A DNA stretch of 64,000 nt from Marsupella aquatica. Lineage: Eukaryota; Plantae; Marchantiophyta. This document shows, piece by piece, positions 54,631-64,000 of this stretch (its first letter is position 1; the number at the start of each line of letters is the position of its first letter). A program made the translations under genes and the position numbers. Under the pieces are notes generated by a model. It made no database searches and was not told the DNA's origin. It worked only from the letters and a program-made list of their open reading frames with translations. The stretch is from positions 26,462,798 through 26,526,797 of the forward strand of contig OZ316893.1 of assembly GCA_973895155.1 (NCBI GenBank), in the 5' to 3' direction.

Positions 54631-56399
54631 AAATAATGAATTATTTTTGATCAGGAGATTCTCTCTGGAAGGATGAGGTCCTCATGCATTGCAAAGTCAG
54701 GCAAAGCAACAGGAAAGACGGTGCAGTCAGTTATGTAACTACCGTTGAGATCCGTGAGGTCAGTTGGTCGGTTCTGTTCTGGTCTGATCTGATACTATTG
54801 ACCGACCTGGTCTCTGTTGTGCTGACAGATCCTGATAACGAGAAAGGAGTCTATAACAGCCTATTTTTTTATGTGGGAAATTTCTCCAGATTCACACCTC
54901 CCCAAAACGTTTACCTTGCTTTTGGCAAAAATTGGCTAAATTATTTGTGTCCCATCAACCAGTTTCTCAACTACTGTAGTGACAGAACCTAATCACCAAC
55001 TGACGGGTTTCCTTAATTTAGGGAGATCTAACGGTCGAGTAATAATTAAATAAAATACACAGCAGATATTCCTAGCATCTTTTCCTTCAAAGAGTGCCCA
55101 CATTTGTCACACAGGCGAAAACATTAAAAACGTTAAAAAATCACTAAGAGAAGACGGCCTCGTGTAAGGGTTTGTTGAGCTGACAGATCATACCTTTCTA
55201 TTCTGATCTTTTGTGCTGACGGATTCTAACTTTTTTATGCTGTGTTCTGAAATCTTTTGAGCTGACAGATTCTTATGACGAGAAATAGGCCTATTCTACG
55301 AGGCCGCACGCATCAGCTCTTTTTTAATGTTGTTTTAAAATTCGCACTGGTGACGAATGTTTGTCCAGGTCTACGGTCCTTAAGAAACTCATTTCTTAAA
55401 TGGTGCAAGTCTCTATTTAGGTGATACGAGAGAAAGATCTCCAATTTTTTGAGGTGTTAAACTTTAGGCAAAGCACTTTGCTGAACTCCACTTTGGGATG
55501 TGAGTTTGTGCTGGTCACCCTGGCTACATTTGTTTGGAGAACTAATGTCCAAACAAACTATGCACTTTGTGTAATGTAGGAAGAGTTTGGAGTGAATAGA
55601 TACACCCAGATGCCTTCACCTTGACTGGGCAACAGACAATGTTGATAATGGGCAGCATTGAATGACAGGACCCAACAGGCAACAACAAATGAGTGTCCCA
55701 AGAACTTGCTCATAATGAGTGATTATCATGTGGAATGTTGCTTAGTCTAGGCTTTCTGATATTTAGTCATCAATTAATTTCTTGTCAAGGTAGAGAGCAC
55801 CTATTTCTTTAAAAATCAGGAGATTCTCCCCAATCTCTTTTGTCTTGAAACGTTGCCCCTGGGTTGGTCTTTCCAAAGATTGGATATATTGTCTCCCAAA
55901 CCCAAATACCTATATTCCAATTTATCACCTTCAAGGTCTGATTTATATTCAAACCCATTATGCCCAAGTAAAGGACCAAATTCATAAGGGTGATGTACAA
56001 TTGTAGATCTTGCCCAGCAATTCTCACTACTCAAAGATATTTAGATGGCTGGTTAGGTGTAATGCTTTTTTCTGGGTTTTGTTGGATCTTCTGATTCCTT
56101 CTACTTCTGGAGGCTGAGTGGACTTTCTTTAATTTATATACATAAATTTAATTTTAATTTTTTTGGAGTAAAGTTCTGGCCTTCTGTATCCAAAAAAATA
56201 AAACTAAAGAAAAAGTGGTGCATACTAACTTCCTTATCTCAATAAGTTTGTCTCATAACACAAACATTAACTTTTCTCAATGATGGGATGGACTCCCCGT
56301 TTGAAGTGATGAGCAATTTGCCGAGTTGCCGGGCACATCAACTCGTCACTTGCCAGGCGGAAATTGGCTCAAATGTTGGATATTCCCTGTTATCCCCCT

Positions 56400-56545
56400 T
56401 GGGCCGGGCCGGGCTGGGTGTAGGGCCGGGCTGGGATAGGCCGGGACAGCCCGGGGATTGGGCCGGGACAGGGTTGGGCCGGGTCGGGGTGGGGTGTGAG
56501 CCGGCCGGGAGGTCATGGCCGGGCCAGGACAGGAAGGGCCGGGAA
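56400..56545. repeat. GC-rich (GGCCGGG)-type low-complexity tract
   Basis: Read directly; resembles subterminal repeats of DNA transposons. Confidence 0.65.
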
Positions 56546-58085
56546 GCCAAGATCCGGTGGTTGGGGTGGTCGAGGTGACAAGTTGCCGGTTGACGGACTC
56601 TAAAGCCTCTATTTTTTGGGCAAGTCCAAACCCAGGATGGCCTGCAACATATGACGAGTCAAATGGGCTTTGCAATCTACTTGGACTGCTCTAGATTACT
56701 GACTATAAGCAGGGACTCACTTCTTTCTTTTGTAGGAAGGTTTAATTCTGGTACACTTACAAAATTCTTGCTGCAAGTCTAGAATTCCGGAAAGAATTCC
56801 ACGTCACCCACCAATTCACAGCCATCAGATTTGTTATATCACTGGTGAAAATTTGCTTAGGGTTACCTTATCACTTGTGCGACCATTGAGAGCACTCACA
56901 ATTACATTGAGACTTAATAACATTATCCATCCAACGGCTTTCTTGTGATGATGATAGCTACAATTAAAAAATCACAAAAAACACAAAATTGAGGGAGGTT
57001 CCGTCACGCCAGTTGAGGTTTCCCGTTTAAGTGAAACATTATCCATCCGGTATTTGTCCATCAAAAAGTGATCCTAGGGAAGATCAGGTTTTGCACACGG
57101 CTTCTCCAAAGATAAGTATTTCTATAGTATCTTATAAGGGATGATCAGGTTTTGCACACGGCTTCTCCAAAAGAATTACTATGAACCATCCATTATCTAT
57201 CTATACACTAATAAATCTGTGTTCTCATGGATTGCTCAAGCATCTTCTTTTTTCGGTTAGAAAAGCTATCTTATATTAAATTATTGGGACAGCTGAGTTC
57301 TACCTACAGTAATAAGTGGAGTGGATGATAGTGGCAGAGTGATCAGAGGCTACAATGAATATTTATAACCCTGTTCCGAGTGTTGTTTAAATCAGAAAAT
57401 AAGAGTTGACTTATGTTCCTCATATCTGCTTGACAAATCAAGTATCTACTCATCTAGAGCTAATTTTGTCCTGCTCTGAACTCTACTGTAGGTGACTTAG
57501 GGTAAAGGGTTAGGGGTAGTTCTAGCCACAGTTTCACCAAGATATTGAACATATTGACATCAAAAAGTAAGTCACCATAAACTCGAATCAAATTGTAGGT
57601 AGACTCATCCACTTTTCAGCCGCTTTCCCTATAGTTCTACAGTAGTTTCACGACAGCGATCGAACATTTAATCATTGGGAACTGAAATTCTAATGATTCT
57701 TTATTTCATGTAGCTTGGTCATCCCTACTCTAGTAATACAAGTTTGCCTGCTGCGGAGTAACTCACCCTAATCCTGAGGAGTAACTCACCCTAATATCGA
57801 ATAGAAATGTGGTTATTCATCACGTTTTCAGGTTTATCGGCTCTAGACCTCATTTCTTACTCTTTTGTATTTTGTTTTGGCCTTTTTTTAATAAATCTAT
57901 TATTTACCTTGGTGTCCTGCAAACTGGTCAAAATTACTCACCCCCTTAATAAAACAAAATTAAGATTTTCCCCCATTTTATATGTTGGTTGGCTTTAATG
58001 ACTAGAGTAACTCAAGATGGCGCGCATTGGTCAGGGACACGTGAAAGTTTATAATTTGTCAAAAATAAACCCTCAAACTATTAAG

Positions 58086-58295
58086 TGGGCATGAGGGTGA
58101 CCAAATGTGACAACTCTTTGCTCTTGGCAGTAGTTGACACTCACATTTTGGTGAGTGTCAAATGGGGAACCTGATCCAGGGTGAAGGCTTATTGGGCATG
58201 AGGGTGACCAAATGAGATATTTTTTGCTCTTAAACAGTATTTTTGACACTTTCATTTTGGTGAGTACTTGTCAAATGGGGGAACCTGATCCAGGG
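58086..58295. repeat. Tandem duplication, about 107 bp x2
   Basis: TGGGCATGAGGGTGACCAAATG and GGGGAACCTGATCCAGGGT each occur twice. Confidence 0.8.
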
Positions 58296-58967
58296 TTTTT
58301 TTTTTGGGGGGGGGGGGAGCATGGACATATCAAAAGTCTCCATGTGTCTTCCAACCAACGAGCCAACCAAAGTCATACCATCTAGAGTTAGTATAGTTGA
58401 TTTAATCCCAACCTGTATACAGAAAGAGATGGACCAAATAGAGTTAGTATGTTGATTTACTCCCAACCAGTATACAGAATGCAAAGGGGATAACCATATA
58501 ATTAAACCAGTTTAGGGGGATAGGATATCTAGTAAGAAACTGTTTTAGTAACAAGGTCCGTTTTACTCTTCAGCCACTTTATGTAGAACTCTGATTTGGT
58601 CAAAGTTATGTAATCATTTGGGGACCTGCGATTCTCATAGTTATCTATTTTGAAACCAATCTAAAACGTAATCATTGGGAGGTGAAATTATAATAACTAT
58701 TTACTTGTTTTCTGCTAATTTGGTCGTCCCTATTGTAATAGTACAAGTCTAGCGACTCAGGTTAGTAAAGCAGTAATAATGAAACACCCGCAAAGAAGGA
58801 ATGATTGACAACAATGGCAAGAGATACATCCGCTACCGGGTATTCGTTGTTGCCCCCTCGTGAAGCTCGCTTACCTCTGAACCTGTGGCCATGCAGTGCG
58901 ATGCGATTGTGGTGGTGGGGAATGCTTGAGGCTCTGCTAGTATCAAATATCCTTCATCCCGTCATTG

Positions 58968-59361
58968 CCATATCAGCTCTTGCTCGGAGCTAGAAAAAAA
59001 TATTAGATCACTGCTGTATGAGCTCGTGCTCGCAGCAAGAAAAAAGCTTAGATACTTGCTGTATGAGCTCGTGCTCGCAGCAAGAAAAAAGATTAGATAC
59101 TTGCTGTATGAGCTCGTGCTCGGAGCAAGAAAAAAGATTAGATCCTTGCTGTGTGAGCGTGCTCGGAGCAAGAAAACATCTGATTAGATCACTGCTGTAT
59201 GAGCTCGTGCTCGGAGCAAGAAAAATGATTAGATCAGTGCTGTATGAGCTCGTGCTCGGAGCAAGAAAAAATATTAGATCAGTGCTGTATGAGCTCGTGC
59301 TCGGAGCAAGAAAAAAGATGAGATCACTGCTGTATGAGCCCGTGCTCCGAAGGAAGAAAAA
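58968..59361. repeat. 45-bp minisatellite, about 8.7 copies
   Basis: GCTGTATGAG-type anchor at 59013, 59058, 59103, 59148, 59194, 59239, 59284 and 59329. Confidence 0.95.
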
Positions 59362-59874
59362 CGATGAGAAGAGTAAGTCGAGCTCGACTGCTATCATTCT
59401 GCCATCAGTTCGAGTGTATTTGGGGCATGGTGGGTAGTGGGTTGTTGCCCCGGTTGTTGCTGGTGTGATGATGATGAGATAGATGATAAATGAGGTGTCG
59501 AGCCTGCTCCTATTGTAGAACAGAATGCAAATATGGTTTTTTTTCCTTGAACAGTTAACATTTACTGATTGGGAATGGTTTGAAGAACGGCAAGCTGCGT
59601 TTTTTATGGTGTAGCTGCTGCTGCGGATGGATGCCGCTCGCTGGAACTGATCGATTGCTCTTGATGGTAACGTTGAATCTCCGTGTTTGCATCCTGTGGC
59701 GGCTTCTCGCTACTGTTTGGCTTGCTGCTTCGGTGCACATCGTGAGCGACCATTGCGCCGCATGATTGTTCGTTCGGAGTGGAAATGATCGCGGTCCTGG
59801 CATGGCTTTCAATCCGACAACTTACCCTAGTTAGTACTATTGGAACAGGAATAGTACCAGCCAGACGATCAGGC

Positions 59875-59955
59875 ATGCGATGTTGGAGTCGTTCACTCAG
59901 ATGGCGACACTAAGTAGTAGAGAAGCCATCAGATTGAGCCGCGCCAATATCACAT
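59875..59955 (+). ncRNA. MIR171: pre-miR171 hairpin, canonical
   Basis: The 3' arm has TTGAGCCGCGCCAATATCACA (59934-59954), the conserved miR171 sequence. The 5' arm TGCGATGTTGGAGTCGTTCACTCAGATGGC pairs with it over about 30 nt with 5 mismatches. Confidence 0.93.
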
Positions 59956-60624
59956 CCCATTGACATTGGCAGGTTTGATTGGCGGTTTTTGCTCGTCTCT
60001 CTCAACAACCCGAGTCTGGGAACGAATTACGTGAAAAACTCCGTCATATATTTAACATCGCATGGCTCCGGCCCGAATAGATGTTGGATATATCTAGGAA
60101 TAAATCTTTTCCTAGATGACACAAGCTACCTTCCGCATACGGGTGGTCGAGCTAGGGCAACGCTGCTCCAGCTACCCTTAAGTGCATATGAAATCCACGA
60201 GTGAGGGTCTGTAGCTACACTAGCGCGGCAGCCTTTTCATTGCTGGTTTCTGTGTCTTCCAAAATATTGTCTCGATCCCCCGGGCGATGCGTCTCCACTG
60301 AAAATAGTTCACGTTCTGCAAGGGGCTCATCACGCAACTACAACTTGAGAGGAGTGGCACGGAATGATTGAATCTACATACATGACAGCTCTCTTGAATC
60401 ATTTCGACGAGTCGTAGAGTTTGATTTTCTCAGATTGTCATCGTTCTAGCTTACCTAACTACCAACCATTGAGCGTACATGGTACCCGCTATATGAGCTC
60501 CCTTCTGAACAGTTCGTGGATTTCTTCGTCGAGGGGGCCGTGCGAGTCGGGTCTTTTGGGAAATGACATTGTGTTGTGTAAGGTCGTGCATATATGTAGG
60601 ACGAAGCTTGTGGCAGTCCAGTTT

Positions 60625-60715
60625 GCAGAATGTGGTATTGGTTGGACTCCATCAGATCACAACGCCAATGACTGGCGGAGCCATCAGATCGAGCCGTTCC
60701 AATATCACATAATGC
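60625..60715 (+). ncRNA. MIR171: Second pre-miR171-like hairpin with a variant mature sequence
   Basis: 3' arm TCGAGCCGTTCCAATATCACA (60689-60709). The 5' arm TGTGGTATTGGTTGGACTCCATCAGAT pairs with it with a central internal loop. Confidence 0.78.
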
Positions 60716-63700
60716 TCTCTCCACCTTTCCAACGATGTAGTTAAGTTCCCGGTGAAGTTTATTGCCGCATATATGGTGATCGATGATTCTGGCCGCAAGG
60801 TCAGCAGTGTGGTTGTATGTTGCCAACGCATCTGTGACATCCATTAGAGTATATATATCGTAGTGTCGCTCTCGATTATTGTTTGGGTCGAGGCATTACT
60901 TTAGTGACCAGTTTCTTGACATTGTCCTGCACTTTATGATTTCCACGAACAGGCAGAAATGGTGCATGGTCTCAAGACGATTCAGACAAGTTGCTTGCGG
61001 TCTCTTCCCTCTTTGCAACACTCTGGAGATCTCATGTGCTGTCACTTGATTCTCCCTAGAAAAACGAAGTCTGTGAAATGCCTTCAACACCTGTTAACAC
61101 GTATATATACAGTGGTCCGAGTCATTGAATAATTTCATATCAAATCGCCCGCTCTAACGTGGAACGAATCTCCTCGGTTGTACTATTGGAGCCCATGCTT
61201 GAGGTCTTGCGTTGCTGGGTACGTGTACATCAAGTCTGAGTATCTGTTCGGAATAAATTTTTCGTAAGGCTGGTTCCACCATAATGAGCAGATGCTCAGG
61301 CTTTCTTGCTAGCTTTCACGGAGCCTGGTTTAGGTTTTGACACATTCCAATAGTGTTTGCTGTAAACGTCCTCGTCAACCGACGGCAATACTGTGCGTTT
61401 AAGACTTCTTCAAAGGACTACGTGCAGGCAAAATCATTATTCTAGCATGGTATGAGTACACTACAGTGATTATTACTATGCCAGATTTCAAAACCTCGAT
61501 TTATCCGATCCGTTTGTGTACCTAGCAGGTACACGTCGTTCACATTTTTTGACACCCTAGCTTACTCTGGCAACTTCGGCACGTCGAACGTAGGCACTGG
61601 TGATCCTTTCCCGTATGTCAACGCGCAATTACGCGTCACTACTATACTGAATCGCTTGGGACAAGGTCTCTCAAGAGCTCTGTAAATCTGTTCTGCCTTC
61701 GGTATTTTGCGAAGATAGCCGAACAATTTCTCGGGATTGAACCCAGAGGATGCTAGACGACAATACTTTTTGACAGATTGCAGTCACTCCTGAACGTGTG
61801 TCCAGCACCATGAAAGGCACCGTCCCGACTCCTGTCCACATCGGAGATCGAGGAAGAGTGGCACACATTTGAAGTTATCACTTTGTAGAACTCGGGTAAT
61901 TTTCTCATGCCAGGCGATTTTGAGTCAAGGTTCTGTCCACTAGATCGTGTTACCTAGAATAATACACATGGGAAATTGTCCCCGCGCCGTAACCAGCTGC
62001 TGCAGTACCAGTACTAATTTTATAAACACAGCTGCGGCCAGTACCGTTGGCGATTACACCAACCTCCGGGTTTTATGTAGTCTGCGAACAAATTTAGTAG
62101 AAACGACGTGGTGACTGGCGTCTTCATTCTTGTCGAGAAGACCAGATATAATTCTTGAAAGCTGGAATCTGAGGGTCGTGAATATGATGCATTCCGGGAG
62201 ATCTGGTGGCACGGTGACGCTCTGCGCAGCTTTAACTAAGTTTTGAAAAGGCTTCTGTACACGCAAACGAAGGATATGTGCAACTGTCGTCTAGAACTAA
62301 CGTGACTGCCTGGGCACCAAGTAAAGTCTTTGGTTTGTACATATGGCCTGGATAATTTGGGAGAAGCCTCGTCCTCTTGCCTTGAGTTGAGAACCACAAG
62401 TGATAGAATAGTTCAGGTCTACTGTAAGTGATTGCGAGTGTTGCGCTGGTTCGTGTAGTCATCGGCGTTCAGCTAAACCAGCACCCGAGATTAATTGTTA
62501 CTAGCTTAGTGTGAATGCCGGAGCTTTGCTCATGAATAGTTCGTGGTACCATTGTGGGGGTTGCAGTTCCGGGTTGTACCCTACGCGCGTTGCACTGTAG
62601 TTGAGACGGAAGGAAACCCAACCCGGAAGGAAAGATGACAAGTAAGCATATATAGATCGAGAAGATCCTGCGTTACGTGATGAGGGAGTTTAGCGTATGC
62701 AGGCAAGAAGGAAAGAAGGAGCCGCTCCTGTTTGCTATGGCCGCTTTTCTGGCACTATTTGCCTTCATCGTTAGCAAGAAATGAGAGCACTCGACTGGTC
62801 ATCGCGATAGAATTGATGCCCTGTCTATATGTGAGTTCTTGCTTGTTGGCGAGGAACCCGATGAATCTACATAAATACTTCCTCAACCGTGCAATTCTGT
62901 CGATGTTACGGAGGTTTAATTATTCCCTCTAAAAGATGGCGGTGATAACCTAATTATGGCCGAGTGCAACGGAGCGGAGATGAAGCAATCATAGTTTGTT
63001 CGGAGGACGATTTTGGTTTAGAGTTGGATGTTGGCAACGTAGTGGAGCGAGACAACGACGTGTGCGATGGCGTGGACATTTTCAAGCGCGAAGAAGGGCT
63101 TCGTCGTAGTTGTTGTTTACTTGGTGGAGAAGATCAATGTCTTTTGAACTGGGTACAGAGGATTGCTTACTGGCATTAGTAGAATGAATGTGAGCGGAAT
63201 TCATGACTAGGATCGAGGGTGGCACAATTAATTGAAGGAAGGAAGCTGTTATTGATTGGCCTTGGAAGAAAGGAACACCGCACTGGAGATGACATAACGT
63301 CTGGCGCCTCCTCGTGCTGAGCGTGTTTACAGATTTGTAAGCAAACGCGTTCGACCCGCAACCGTAGCTGTGCCCCCGAGTAAGCCCTTATCCTAGCTTT
63401 GGATCGCGCTTTGTTAGATAGGTTATTACTAAAGACAAATGGACTTACTGTCAGGGGACTTCGAGCTTTCATCTCATGTCTTTAGAATTGAGACAGTTGT
63501 ATCCTGTAATACCTCAAAACGATATAACTCGTTCTGCCCATTCTCGTTCAAGGTAACCCTATTCACATGGTCATAGAATCTTCGTGTCTTTTGAAGTACG
63601 TAGCTTTAATGCCTCTTGATCACAGACGATGACTCTTCACGTGAGGTGTCGTCTTAACTGCAATCTGAACCTTGAAAGTAGGTCAATTGGACCAGTGCTC

Positions 63701-64000
63701 CCGCAGGCAACGTCTGAATCCAATAAGATCGAAAACATCGACCGATCAGACCGATCAATCTGAAGGCCATTCAAACCGGGATTCAAATGAGATCTAAGTA
63801 CAATCCCAACTTATGCACAATCCCTACTTATGAGGACCAACATGCTCAGGTAAAAGTAAGCATCAAGTCTTCCTGCTTCCATTTGATAATCACCACAAGA
63901 TTCATGTGACATTCTGTAGAGTCTACACAACCGATCAAAACTAAGATGACCATGAGGATGCATTACCTAAACTAATAGTCATCTCCGCTCTGTAATTTAA

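Noticed and set aside
58968-59361. CRISPR-like array
   Set aside because: Units are contiguous 45-mers without unique spacers, there are no cas genes, and the context is eukaryotic.
59900-60844. Decayed minus-strand protein with a repeated CDIGxAxSDG motif, or GRAS fragments (VILARLN / VILERLD)
   Set aside because: Similarity is confined to about 32 nt that are the miR171 arms. Hairpin pairing explains it and no other GRAS motifs flank it.

Overview
Nuclear DNA of a land plant. A liverwort or other early-diverging lineage with plastid C-to-U editing is inferred from a plastid insert. Four host protein genes are supported: a 3-exon GT2-family glycosyltransferase (-), an intronless GT4 glycosyltransferase (+), a 12-exon aspartate aminotransferase with an N-terminal PTS2 (+), and an intronless two-domain histidine phosphatase of the CA1Pase type (+). 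The intergenic space holds a decayed Ty1/copia element with a nested 1.9 kb insertion, a solo LTR of the same family, L1 and CRE/RLE-type LINE remnants, a SINE, a chimeric atpI-atpH plastid insertion, a foldback pair and many tandem repeats. The most notable non-coding signal is a tandem pair of MIR171 hairpins near 59.9 and 60.7 kb. One is canonical; the other has substitutions at the centre of the miRNA that predict a different target or no cleavage. All calls were made by eye and no alignments, folding or database searches were run.
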